A stretch of 64,000 nucleotides of DNA from positions 1-64,000 of the IMG/VR virus record IMGVR_UViG_3300027782_000044, one strand, 5' to 3'. This document shows positions 1 through 8,778 of this stretch, one piece after another. The first letter of the stretch is position 1. Every line of letters begins with the position of its first letter. Source of the DNA: a virus. Made by a program: the position numbers and the translations under genes. The notes under the pieces are model-generated. The model did not search any database and was not told the DNA's origin. It saw only the letters and a program-made list of their open reading frames with translations.

Positions 1-273
1 ATAAGATGCCTCTGCATCAATCCAAGCACATGTCTTTCCTTCTTTTTGTGCAAGAGCAATCATTTGTAGGCAAAAAGAAGACTTACCAGCAGACTTATTT
101 CCCCATACAAGAGCTTGTCTGCCATATCCTAGACCTCCACGCAATGCAAAGTTTAATCCGATGCTTGGAGTTAACTGCTTTTCAATCTTAACATCTTGAG
201 CAGACTGGACACGTGCTCTTGTTTTGGGATCCAGCTTTGATAAAATATTTTCAATTTCTGTAATAGGGATCAT
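1..273 (-). CDS. recA: RecA/UvsX-like recombinase, N-terminal part (runs off the window edge)
   Basis: Not in the ORF track. Manual translation from ATG at 273: MIPITEIENILSKLDPKTRARVQ...TPSIGLNFALRGGLGYGRQALVWGNKSAGKSSFCLQMIALAQKEGKTCAWIDAEASY. Contains Walker A GNKSAGKS and the RecA-type (W/F)IDAE motif. Confidence 0.92.
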   Translation of the reverse strand, partial: MIPITEIENILSKLDPKTRARVQSAQDVKIEKQLTPSIGLNFALRGGLGYGRQALVWGNKSAGKSSFCLQMIALAQKEGKTCAWIDAEASY

Positions 274-616
274 TGTAGTCTATATCTCCAACTCTTGTAT
301 CAGACCTAGTACACTGAAAGCCTATTAGGTGGTCTGGATAAGGCTTTTCGTCCATGTATCCAAGTTCAAAAAAGAACATATCTTTTGTTCTATCGTAAGT
401 AACTCTTGCCATACTTCCGTTTTTAGTTATAAAATCATTTGGGAAAACCTGTTCTTCTGTTAGCAACTCATCTAAAATTAATCTAGGCACCCCAAGCTTT
501 CCGTTGTGTTTAAGTATTGCTACTAAAATACTGGTTGCTCTCATTGCATCAAAGGTGTCAATAATTCTTTTTGGTGGCTGATGCCCAACAAACTTTAGCT
601 CTTCCGATGAATCCAT
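251..616 (-). CDS. hypothetical protein, paralog of 619..843
   Basis: 121-aa ORF tightly packed in the operon; similar by eye to the neighbouring ORF. Confidence 0.7.
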   Translation of the reverse strand: MDSSEELKFVGHQPPKRIIDTFDAMRATSILVAILKHNGKLGVPRLILDELLTEEQVFPNDFITKNGSMARVTYDRTKDMFFFELGYMDEKPYPDHLIGFQCTRSDTRVGDIDYNDPYYRN

Positions 617-618
617 AC

Positions 619-843
619 TTAGTATATTCTTCCAGTCAGTTTAATTTCTGGCTTAGAATCTTGCATTTTAAATGTAAATGACATATCTACATTGTCATAA
701 TCAACAGACAGTTGTCTGTCTTCAGAATTAATTTCCAAGAATTTACTTGTAGGTATTGTTATAGTACCTATTTGGTTTAGAACTGCAATTAATATTTTAG
801 TTGCGTTCATTGATTTAAATATTTCTTCATTTTCATTTGTCAT
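619..843 (-). CDS. hypothetical protein
   Basis: 74-aa ORF whose start overlaps the dnaE stop. Confidence 0.75.
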   Translation of the reverse strand: MTNENEEIFKSMNATKILIAVLNQIGTITIPTSKFLEINSEDRQLSVDYDNVDMSFTFKMQDSKPEIKLTGRIY

Positions 844-3800
844 TTTACGTCCTTAACCATAAGTGTTCCATCTTCTAAAGTCTTTAGAACTGGTTCGCAT
901 ATCATTCCCTCTCGCATTTTTGCCAAGGAAAGCGGGTACATGCTTGAGAAAACAATTGCTCTGTTTAAATTTTTGTCTTTGTCTGACATAACTAGGTGTG
1001 CCATAGTTTTGCCAGCTTTTGTCTTGTATGGTGTATAGCTTATCACAATTCTTTGATCTTCGTCAATAGGGTATGATTTTGCATACAAGTATTTTACAAA
1101 AGCATCTTCTGAGTCTTTATTGATTAAATCAACCTCTACGTATCTAGATATTCTATTATCACCAACAAGTACAAAGTACATCTTATTTGTTTCTATTTTT
1201 GTTTGCTCTACGTCAAACAACCCAACCGAACCACTTTCATCAACAATTTCTATTCTTGACCACCCATTGCCACGCTTTATAGATTTTGCCATTCCAAACA
1301 TAACAAATGATCCTAGCTCTTCAAACTCGTCAATAGGTCTAGCCTGTGCCTTAATTTTTGGGTCTAGGTTAGATAGGTTGAATGAAGGGATTCCTAAAAA
1401 TTCGTAATAAGACTCGGCTTCTTTACCGCTTCTAGCGTTATCATCAAAAGCAGCACCCCCAATAGCGTTAAGAGAAGCAATGGCCCTAGAATTAATACCG
1501 CTACCCTTCTTGGATGCCTTCTCAACGAGGTCTTTATAATTTTCATATGGTCTCTTTTCTATAATCTTGTTTGCAATGCTATCTGAAATAAATTTAATTT
1601 CTGCCAACCCAAACCTAATTGAATCTTTTTGTAGTGAAAAGTTTACATCAGATTCATTTACGTGGGGAAGCTTTACTTTTATGCCAAGTCTTTTTGCTTC
1701 AATTAAATAACCTGTTCTGGCGTCTTTGTCGCCTTCGTTTTTGAGGATCGAGAATAAAAATTCCAAAGGATAATAGCACTTAAGCCAAGCGGTATAATAA
1801 GAAAGCATAGAATAAGCGACAGCGTGACTACGATTGAATGAGTATCCAGCGTGAGCTTCGAATGTTTTCCAGAGATTGTCGGCTTCTTCTGCGCTGATAT
1901 GCTTTTTAGCGCCCTGAATAAATTTATCTTTGAATGGACTGAGTTCTTTTGCATCTTGCTTTTTACCAATAACCTTTCTAACCTTGTCAGCCTCTGACCA
2001 AGTCATTCCTCCTAGGTGTACGCATGCTTGCATAACCTGCTCTTGATATATAATCACCCCGTATGTATTTTCTGTAAAAGGTTTCATAATTGGATGGATA
2101 TAATTAACTGCTTCATTACCGTGCTTGCGCTTAATATAAGATGCTCCAACTGTATTCATAGCTCCTGGTCTAACCAAGGCATTTGATGCAGCCAAGTCTT
2201 CAAACTTATCTACACGCATTTTTATAAGTAGGTTAGTGTATGGAGTTGCTTCAGCTTGGAAGATACCCTTTGTGTAACCATCATTAAAAATCTTGTATAC
2301 ATTCTCATCATCTAAAGCAATATCGTAAAGATTTATATCTTTATTGTATCTATCTTTAATTGACTTTAATGTATCAGAGATCACAGATAAAGTCTTAAGA
2401 CCTAGGGCATCTAGCTTAATAAGACCTATATCTGCAACCGTATCCATATCGTATGCCACGACTGGAATTCTTCCAGACACTTCATCATTAGCATCAGCTC
2501 TGGACTCTATTGGTGCATACTTTCTTAAATCATCTTTTGCAACCACAACACCAGCAGCATGAACTCCAACACTTCGAATCTTTCCACGAAGTCTTTCTGC
2601 AAGCCAAGTTACCTCTGGATACTTTGCTCTAAATTCTTTTGTATTAGGAGAATCCATAAAGTCTTCGAAGGTGTCAATTGATTTCATTGCACGATTAACA
2701 TCAGATAGGGGCACCATAAACACACGGGCAGCATCTCTAATTACACCCTTGTCTTTAAAGTAGGTGTATGTGGAAATAGAAGCAACGTGCTTAAACTTCT
2801 TCTTTAAATAATCTTTAACTTCTTTACGGCGACGGTCTTCAAAGTCGGTATCAATATCTGGAAAGTCATTACGCTCAGGGTTAATAAATCGGAAGAAAAG
2901 TAGGTCATACTTAATTGGATCTACATCTGTAATACCAAGAGCGTAGCAAACCAATGAGCCAGCTGCAGAACCACGTCCTGGACCAACCATAATGTTGTTT
3001 GATTTTGCCCATGTAATCATATCGGCTACAACTAGGAAATATGAGGCAAATGCCTTATCTTTAATTATAGATAACTCTTCTGCAATTCTATCCAAGTAGA
3101 CCTGATCTTTGTCCAGAGATAGTCTTTTAAGGCCTTCTAAGGCCATATCAGACAGTTTCTTGTCAGCATTGGTCTTTGGGATAGGTAGCAGATCTAATCC
3201 TTTATGGAAGTCATATTCTTCAATCTTATTAGCAATTTCCATTGTATTATCATATATATCTGTACGACTAATACCTGCTTTATTAAAGTCCGCCTCAATT
3301 TCAGACCTGCTTTGAATAAATAGATTATAATCTTGAAATGATATTCTGCGGTCTGGATATAAGTAATTAAATCTATCCATCATATCTGGCATTTTTCTAG
3401 ACATTTCAAAGTCTGCATCTTTGTCTGACTTAGGGGATGTTGATAGAATAAGCATTGCCTCTTCTAATACTCTATCTTCTTTTTTAGCAAAGTGGGCATC
3501 TCCTGTTGCCACCGCTTTAATTTTTAATTCATCTGCAAGCTCTAAAAGCTTTGAGTTTATTTCTTCTGGATTGTGAGATTGAACCTCAACATAAAAATCT
3601 TTACCGAAAGTTTTCTGAAAATCTTTGAGAACCATCTTAGCTTCAGAGAACTCGCCTTTCTCGATAGCCTTAGAGATAAGCCCATTAAGGCATCCAGAGA
3701 GTACAATAATACCTTCCGCATATTCCTTAAGCACCTCCCTATCAATACGTGGCTTATGATAAAAGCCTTCTGTCCACGCAAGTTCTTGTAGGGTATTGAT

Positions 3801-4109
3801 ATTCTCTAGACCCTTTTTATTCTTAGCTAAAATAATAATATGATTATACGCCTGAATTGATTTATCTGTCTTAGAAGATCTATCAAATCTATCTGTTGGA
3901 GATATATAAGCTTCGACTCCAAGAATAGGCTTTACCCCTAGCTTCTTTGCTGCAATCTGCATATCACGATGAGAAGACAATGTGCCGTGGTCTGTTATAG
4001 CAATTGCTGTCTGTCCAGCATCTAAAGCTGCCTGACACAATTCTTCTGGAGAGTTTAGCCCATCCATAAGCGAGTAATAAGAGTGAACGTGTAAATGTGT
4101 AAAACTCAT
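840..4109 (-). CDS. dnaE: DNA polymerase III alpha subunit (C family)
   Basis: PHP motifs HLHVHS, AITDHG and GDAH; GRGSAAGS; catalytic FPDIDTDF and KLDALGL; C-terminal OB fold. Start moved to MSFTH at 4109 (TAATG overlap with the upstream stop). Confidence 0.97.
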   Translation of the reverse strand: MSFTHLHVHSYYSLMDGLNSPEELCQAALDAGQTAIAITDHGTLSSHRDMQIAAKKLGVKPILGVEAYISPTDRFDRSSKTDKSIQAYNHIIILAKNKKGLENINTLQELAWTEGFYHKPRIDREVLKEYAEGIIVLSGCLNGLISKAIEKGEFSEAKMVLKDFQKTFGKDFYVEVQSHNPEEINSKLLELADELKIKAVATGDAHFAKKEDRVLEEAMLILSTSPKSDKDADFEMSRKMPDMMDRFNYLYPDRRISFQDYNLFIQSRSEIEADFNKAGISRTDIYDNTMEIANKIEEYDFHKGLDLLPIPKTNADKKLSDMALEGLKRLSLDKDQVYLDRIAEELSIIKDKAFASYFLVVADMITWAKSNNIMVGPGRGSAAGSLVCYALGITDVDPIKYDLLFFRFINPERNDFPDIDTDFEDRRRKEVKDYLKKKFKHVASISTYTYFKDKGVIRDAARVFMVPLSDVNRAMKSIDTFEDFMDSPNTKEFRAKYPEVTWLAERLRGKIRSVGVHAAGVVVAKDDLRKYAPIESRADANDEVSGRIPVVAYDMDTVADIGLIKLDALGLKTLSVISDTLKSIKDRYNKDINLYDIALDDENVYKIFNDGYTKGIFQAEATPYTNLLIKMRVDKFEDLAASNALVRPGAMNTVGASYIKRKHGNEAVNYIHPIMKPFTENTYGVIIYQEQVMQACVHLGGMTWSEADKVRKVIGKKQDAKELSPFKDKFIQGAKKHISAEEADNLWKTFEAHAGYSFNRSHAVAYSMLSYYTAWLKCYYPLEFLFSILKNEGDKDARTGYLIEAKRLGIKVKLPHVNESDVNFSLQKDSIRFGLAEIKFISDSIANKIIEKRPYENYKDLVEKASKKGSGINSRAIASLNAIGGAAFDDNARSGKEAESYYEFLGIPSFNLSNLDPKIKAQARPIDEFEELGSFVMFGMAKSIKRGNGWSRIEIVDESGSVGLFDVEQTKIETNKMYFVLVGDNRISRYVEVDLINKDSEDAFVKYLYAKSYPIDEDQRIVISYTPYKTKAGKTMAHLVMSDKDKNLNRAIVFSSMYPLSLAKMREGMICEPVLKTLEDGTLMVKDVK

Positions 4110-4315
4110 TAGTATCCGCCTGTACATTCATTTCTAGTATGATATAACCTAATTTTAGTTAATATCTTTTTTGTTGGTGCGTATAAATCTTCTTTGCAAC
4201 ATCCGCATTTCATATGCCATTCTCTAGCAAAGAAATCATATACTGCTCCGACATAATTCTTATATTTATTAAAAACAAAAGTCTCAAATGGATCTGGTAT
4301 ATCGTATGTTCTCAT
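4109..4315 (-). CDS. small putative Zn-binding protein
   Basis: 68 aa with CGCC...H-x4-C; coupled to dnaE by a TAATG overlap; -10 element 6 nt upstream of its ATG. Confidence 0.7.
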   Translation of the reverse strand: MRTYDIPDPFETFVFNKYKNYVGAVYDFFAREWHMKCGCCKEDLYAPTKKILTKIRLYHTRNECTGGY

Positions 4316-4321
4316 TATGCT

Positions 4322-4350
4322 ATTTTACTAAATAATGTGGAGGCGGTCAA
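4322..4350 (-). promoter_or_regulatory. sigma70-type promoter for the Zn-protein/dnaE/recA transcript
   Basis: TTGACC-17 nt-TAAAAT on the minus strand. Confidence 0.65.
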
Positions 4351-4362
4351 TACCGCCTCCAC
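4337..4362 (-). terminator. GC-rich hairpin downstream of the SSB gene
   Basis: Perfect 11-bp stem gtggaggcggt-caat-accgcctccac followed by an AT-rich tract. Confidence 0.7.
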
Positions 4363-4371
4363 TATTTAATA

Positions 4372-5046
4372 TTACCAGTCTACGCTGCTGCTTGTTGAAG
4401 AAGATTCTCTTTCTTCTGGAGATGACTCTCCAGTGTAAAAAGCTTCCTGCTCTGCGTATGGTACATTTCTAACTGCTGTCTTCTCTAAATCAAAAAGCTC
4501 TACTGCAGAGAAATCAAACGGTTTTTCATCTTTAGCTAAAGGGATGATTGTATAGCTTGTATCTGTCTTAAGACCACTTCGCTTTACACGCCAAACCAAG
4601 TTGGTGATACTGCCCATTTCATTTGCATATTCAATTAGTGTTGGTGTAATGGTTTTACCGCTTACGCCTTGAGAAAGAATTGCTACATAAGGCTCATTCT
4701 TTCCATCATCAACCAATACGTTAACGTATAGACGCTTTCTTGCACCCCACCCAGCTTTAGGATCTTTTCGGTGCTGCTCTTGAGCCCAGTCACGGCCTTC
4801 GTCTTCCATTGTGTCTAGTGCTTTACGTCGATAATCTTTAGGGTTTGTATGCTCAATTGCAAAAAATCCGCAACCTGCTTTTTCATTATAGTGTGGTGAG
4901 TCTGGATCAAGCTCCTGCAAAAAACGAATCTTTACGGCTTCCCCATCTTCAATCTTTAACCACTTTGCTTTGCTATCTTCTGAACTAGTGTATGTAACCT
5001 TGTCCATTGCTTTTGTCATTCCTGACAATCCTTTTACTATTCCCAT
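4372..5046 (-). CDS. single-stranded DNA-binding protein (T4 gp32-like)
   Basis: WLKIEDGEAVKIRFL...KVKRSG-like/DTSYTI pattern; acidic Ser-rich tail ending in an aromatic residue (SSSVDW); lies between primase and polymerase. Confidence 0.75.
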   Translation of the reverse strand: MGIVKGLSGMTKAMDKVTYTSSEDSKAKWLKIEDGEAVKIRFLQELDPDSPHYNEKAGCGFFAIEHTNPKDYRRKALDTMEDEGRDWAQEQHRKDPKAGWGARKRLYVNVLVDDGKNEPYVAILSQGVSGKTITPTLIEYANEMGSITNLVWRVKRSGLKTDTSYTIIPLAKDEKPFDFSAVELFDLEKTAVRNVPYAEQEAFYTGESSPEERESSSTSSSVDW

Positions 5047-5097
5047 TTTTTCTCCTTATGTATGTAACGGTATATATCCGTTTGTAACCACGTATTT

Positions 5098-6087
5098 TTA
5101 AGTTCTATATTCAAAATTAGATATGGCATTTGTTATACAAGCTTTAATATCCTCATCAGACATATCACCTGCATCTTTTACACCCTCTGGATATATTCTA
5201 CCATAAGAATGCGATGCCCACAAGATGTTCTTATTGCTTAATTTATAAGCAATTGCTGAGCCTAAGTCTCTGCCAGCCTTGTCTGCATCAGTCATGATTA
5301 TAACTGTATTGAAATATCTATTTAAAAGACCTAGGTTGTCTCCAGATATATGACCTCCAAGGGTTGCCACAACATTAGGGAACCCAGCCTGATGCACACG
5401 GATTGCATCAAAGCTGGACTCTACGACTATAACTCTGTCGCCAATCTTTTTGGCACGATGAATATTAAACATTGTTTTGCTTCTTGGAAGATCCTTGCTA
5501 TTCTTAAATCTTTTATCAGATATAGATCTGCCAACAACTCCTACTGCAATTCCATCTGGACTATGCACTGGAACAGTTATCATATCCATATTTTCAGAAT
5601 ATCCTAAAGAGAAGTGTTCCATTGACTCTAAGTTAATTCCACGTGATTTTAAATATTCTTTTGCCTTATCGCTTTTGACCAGCCCATTGTATAAACTCTT
5701 TAATGTTTCTTCTGAAAACTCTACGAAGTCTGGCTTATCTTCAAGCATGTCTTTAAGAGATTCATCAAAGTTTTCTAATGCTTCGGACTGCTTTGATTCA
5801 ATAAACCTTAAAGACTGAAACTCATTTTTATTTAAAATTCTTTTAACTAGATCACTTAGAGTTCCTGCTTCTCCGCAAGAAGGGTTGAAGCAAATGTATG
5901 CACCTTTTGTTTTACTAATACTAAAACTTGAAGTATGTCTATTTGAATGGAATGGACAATATGATAGATAATCGTTAGACGTCTCACCAACCATATCAAT
6001 TCCAAGGCTTTGGATTATTGATTTAATATGGGCGGGGGTGTATTCCGAGCTATCAACTTGCCTTGAGTTATACCCTCTAATTGCCAT
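5098..6087 (-). CDS. dnaG: DNA primase (Zn finger + TOPRIM)
   Basis: CPFH...CFNPSC Zn finger; TOPRIM VVESSFD and DADKAG; KDAGD. Start placed at MAIRGY (6087) behind AAGAAGG. Confidence 0.92.
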   Translation of the reverse strand: MAIRGYNSRQVDSSEYTPAHIKSIIQSLGIDMVGETSNDYLSYCPFHSNRHTSSFSISKTKGAYICFNPSCGEAGTLSDLVKRILNKNEFQSLRFIESKQSEALENFDESLKDMLEDKPDFVEFSEETLKSLYNGLVKSDKAKEYLKSRGINLESMEHFSLGYSENMDMITVPVHSPDGIAVGVVGRSISDKRFKNSKDLPRSKTMFNIHRAKKIGDRVIVVESSFDAIRVHQAGFPNVVATLGGHISGDNLGLLNRYFNTVIIMTDADKAGRDLGSAIAYKLSNKNILWASHSYGRIYPEGVKDAGDMSDEDIKACITNAISNFEYRT

Positions 6088-6314
6088 GCCTTCTTCTTTC
6101 CTACATAGATTCCGTGGATAGTCATTAAGAACTTCCAAGTTTGTCCGTCAAATTCTACCGAAAAAGCTGGGTCTATGTCAAGCACCCTGGCATAACCAGA
6201 GTCTTTCATCTGACCAGTTAGTAGATCTTCGTACTGCTTTTTAATCCTAATCATATTAGAATCATCTAGAAACTCAACTTGTATTTGAAACCTTTTAATA
6301 TTTTGATGTGTCAC
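6015..6314 (-). CDS. hypothetical protein between helicase and primase
   Basis: 99 aa; GTGA overlap with the helicase stop; 3' end overlaps the primase start. Confidence 0.7.
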   Translation of the reverse strand: MTHQNIKRFQIQVEFLDDSNMIRIKKQYEDLLTGQMKDSGYARVLDIDPAFSVEFDGQTWKFLMTIHGIYVGKKKAWQLEGITQGKLIARNTPPPILNQ

Positions 6315-7546
6315 TTGCTCAACTCTGGAAGGTCTTCATAGATTGGAGTGATAACTCCTCTATTTATATCCCAGTCAAGGAAAAATCTAAAGTCATGTCC
6401 ATGCCTGTTTTTTCTAGATACAACCTCAATCAAATCTGTATTAGCATGCTTGTGAATAGCAATAGCCATGTCAGCATCATACTCAATAGCCTTTGACCAT
6501 GCAACTTGACTCATCATTGGTGGCTCTTTTTGATCTGAAATATCATCTGCAGTTGCTGCAGTAATATCAATGATTGGGATTCCGTTTGTAACTGCAAGCA
6601 GCTTAAAGTCTCTTGAGATATTTCTATTTCGCTCAACTTCAGAATTGCTTCGCTTGTTATCATTAAACAATTGATGATAGTCGAGAATTACAAGATCTGG
6701 TTTATGCTGATCAATCTTACCTTGAATAGTTGCTGGTGTTACTTCTCCAGCACCCTCATTAGAAACAAGAATAAAACTATTCTTTCCTTCAGTCTTCTTC
6801 TTACCCCATGTTTTAAAATCATCAATATTAATATCACCTTTTGAAAGATCGCTTGCTCTAAACAATCCAGAACCTAGCATTGTATAAATTCTATCTCGCA
6901 TATTTTCTGGGGCCATCTCAAGCGATACAATCATTGGCTTGAATCCTTGCTCCCATGCCTTGCATGCTAGGTATGACGTGAACCATGTCTTACCACGTCC
7001 AGGCCAACCTATAGCGACGATTAGATGTCCTGGAGCCATTCCAGTTGGGTACGCCTTATCAATAGCCTCAAAGCCTGTTAGGATTCCTGGGCTTCCTCCC
7101 ATTGCTAATGATCGAGTTCTTACTGACTCATAGTGTCTTTCTGCTGAATCTAAATCCGTAATGTCTAAGTCTTTAACATTATTTGTATATCGACTTAAGT
7201 TTGCCAACTGAGACTGCATTGTGCCAAGTACTCTTGATGGAGCATCGTCTTTTAAAGATGAGCCTGCCTGCAAAAGAATACCCTTAAGTTTGTTCCCAAC
7301 AAATTCATTTTTAAGCTTGTCTAAGTAGTATCCCGTCTCACCTTTAGTTTCAACTGGCTCAAAATCTTTAAACTTATCCTGAAGAATTGTTACTTCTGGG
7401 ACTGCTCTAAACTTATAGTAATATGACTTAAGGCCTTCCCAAATGTCTTTATGAGAAACAAATAGGTCGTCTGAGTTATCTGCAAGTATAGTGCTGATGT
7501 CTTTATTCTTGCATACCGCTGAGATTAGCTCGGCTTCCGTATTCAT
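6311..7546 (-). CDS. dnaB: DnaB-like replicative helicase
   Basis: Walker A GWPGRGKT, SLEM, Walker B VILDYHQL, IEYDAD, KNRHG. Confidence 0.95.
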   Translation of the reverse strand: MNTEAELISAVCKNKDISTILADNSDDLFVSHKDIWEGLKSYYYKFRAVPEVTILQDKFKDFEPVETKGETGYYLDKLKNEFVGNKLKGILLQAGSSLKDDAPSRVLGTMQSQLANLSRYTNNVKDLDITDLDSAERHYESVRTRSLAMGGSPGILTGFEAIDKAYPTGMAPGHLIVAIGWPGRGKTWFTSYLACKAWEQGFKPMIVSLEMAPENMRDRIYTMLGSGLFRASDLSKGDINIDDFKTWGKKKTEGKNSFILVSNEGAGEVTPATIQGKIDQHKPDLVILDYHQLFNDNKRSNSEVERNRNISRDFKLLAVTNGIPIIDITAATADDISDQKEPPMMSQVAWSKAIEYDADMAIAIHKHANTDLIEVVSRKNRHGHDFRFFLDWDINRGVITPIYEDLPELSK

Positions 7547-7860
7547 TCGTTACCCTCAATCATCTTTTTTGTTTCCTGCAACAGACGGCTTCTGTTAGCT
7601 TTATCTTCTTTAATCTGCATCATCATGTCTTCTATTCTTTCAAAGTTATTGTAGAAAAAATTAAGCGGATGCCTATTCTTACCAGTCTTAAAATAATACT
7701 CTAGTACATTCTTAGAACGCTCAAACCCTATGCTATCTAAAACATCTTGCATAGCCCACTTTTCTTTATATCTATTTATTGTTGGCTTTGTGTTATACAT
7801 GCCCTCATATAAATTAGAGTATAAAGAAAGAAGGATATAGGGTTCCTTATTTACTGCCAC
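7543..7860 (-). CDS. hypothetical protein (possible helicase loader, by position only)
   Basis: 105 aa; stop overlaps the dnaB start. Confidence 0.65.
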   Translation of the reverse strand: MAVNKEPYILLSLYSNLYEGMYNTKPTINRYKEKWAMQDVLDSIGFERSKNVLEYYFKTGKNRHPLNFFYNNFERIEDMMMQIKEDKANRSRLLQETKKMIEGNE

Positions 7861-8056
7861 GCAATTCCTCTTCCACTTCTTGTGTCTTTTGAATTAGCTT
7901 ATCTTCAACAAATTTATACACACGATCAGTTGCCGCATCTACGCTTTCGCCGTCTCTGACAAAATCGTCTACGCCAATGCCAATCTTAATGCTTTCAAAA
8001 TTTCCAAGGTTTCTGGTAAAAGATAAATCAACTCTAACCTGAGTCCCTCTATCCAT
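7847..8056 (-). CDS. hypothetical phage protein
   Basis: 69 aa, packed in the operon; TRNLGNFESIKI segment. Confidence 0.75.
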   Translation of the reverse strand: MDRGTQVRVDLSFTRNLGNFESIKIGIGVDDFVRDGESVDAATDRVYKFVEDKLIQKTQEVEEELRGSK

Positions 8057-8159
8057 TATGTGCCGCCTTTCTATGCCTAGTTAACGTGTCATGAGCAAAT
8101 ATGCCCCAACGTACTTCTATTTCTTTCTTACAAATATCACAAACAACAGCTCTGCTCAT
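8049..8159 (-). CDS. 36-aa C2H2-type zinc-finger microprotein
   Basis: Below the ORF-track cutoff: MSRAVVCDICKKEIEVRWGIFAHDTLTRHRKAAHNG*. Fills the gap between its neighbours exactly. Confidence 0.7.
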   Translation of the reverse strand: MSRAVVCDICKKEIEVRWGIFAHDTLTRHRKAAHNG

Positions 8160-8161
8160 AC

Positions 8162-8644
8162 CTATTCCGCCTTCCAAACTGGTACAAAATTTCCTTCAGT
8201 GGTCTTAGTATACAATATAGTGTTGTGTTTGAGAAGAGCCCTCATCTCATTTCTTGAAGGCATATTATTAGAATACCCTGATTCTAATATAAACTCATGA
8301 ATGTCCATAATGTCCGATTCACTATACATAAACTTATACCATGTGCTTTCTGGATTACCTATCGGATATACTTTTTGTGGGTACCTTATCTTCCCGTCCA
8401 AAATATAATCTTCTATAGTAACCTTATGCTTGCCAAGCATTTGAGCTACCTGACTAGTTGAATAAGCATTCTCCATAGTTTTTAATACTTGAGAATAAGA
8501 ATACAGCAATCTTTTTTTATCAGGATAGCACCAAGCAACCATCTGGTCTTTAGATCTTGAATGACTTAATACTTTATGTATTTTGTTATTTAAGAAGAAA
8601 TACCGAATGCTTTTAGCTGGCTGTTTTCTCTTTTTTCTATCCAT
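8162..8644 (-). CDS. HTH DNA-binding protein (MerR/excisionase-like)
   Basis: YSTSQVAQMLGKHKVTIEDYILDGKI helix-turn-helix, followed by a YSESDI wing segment. Confidence 0.75.
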   Translation of the reverse strand: MDRKKRKQPAKSIRYFFLNNKIHKVLSHSRSKDQMVAWCYPDKKRLLYSYSQVLKTMENAYSTSQVAQMLGKHKVTIEDYILDGKIRYPQKVYPIGNPESTWYKFMYSESDIMDIHEFILESGYSNNMPSRNEMRALLKHNTILYTKTTEGNFVPVWKAE

Positions 8645-8778
8645 TTACCTAGTGCACTCGTATCCTTATTAATCATCCATCTTTTACCGCACATCATGCA
8701 GAAAAGTTCTACGTGTAATTTTTGTGAGAATACTCTATCTACAAAAACTCTTCCTTGGCACTTATTGCATTTCATCAT
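8590..8778 (-). CDS. zinc-ribbon protein
   Basis: CNKC...CMMCG. Confidence 0.75.
   Translation of the reverse strand: MMKCNKCQGRVFVDRVFSQKLHVELFCMMCGKRWMINKDTSALGKWIEKRENSQLKAFGISS

Noticed and set aside
6-191. Plus-strand 61-aa ORF
   Set aside because: Antisense to the RecA-like gene, which has clear motifs.
840-4109. Inteins or introns in dnaE (also checked for dnaB and nrdJ)
   Set aside because: Lengths are normal, ORFs are continuous, and no splice-junction or homing-endonuclease motifs were seen.
5066-5082. Small hairpin upstream of SSB as a gp32-like autoregulatory operator
   Set aside because: Only a 5-bp stem and no pseudoknot could be supported.
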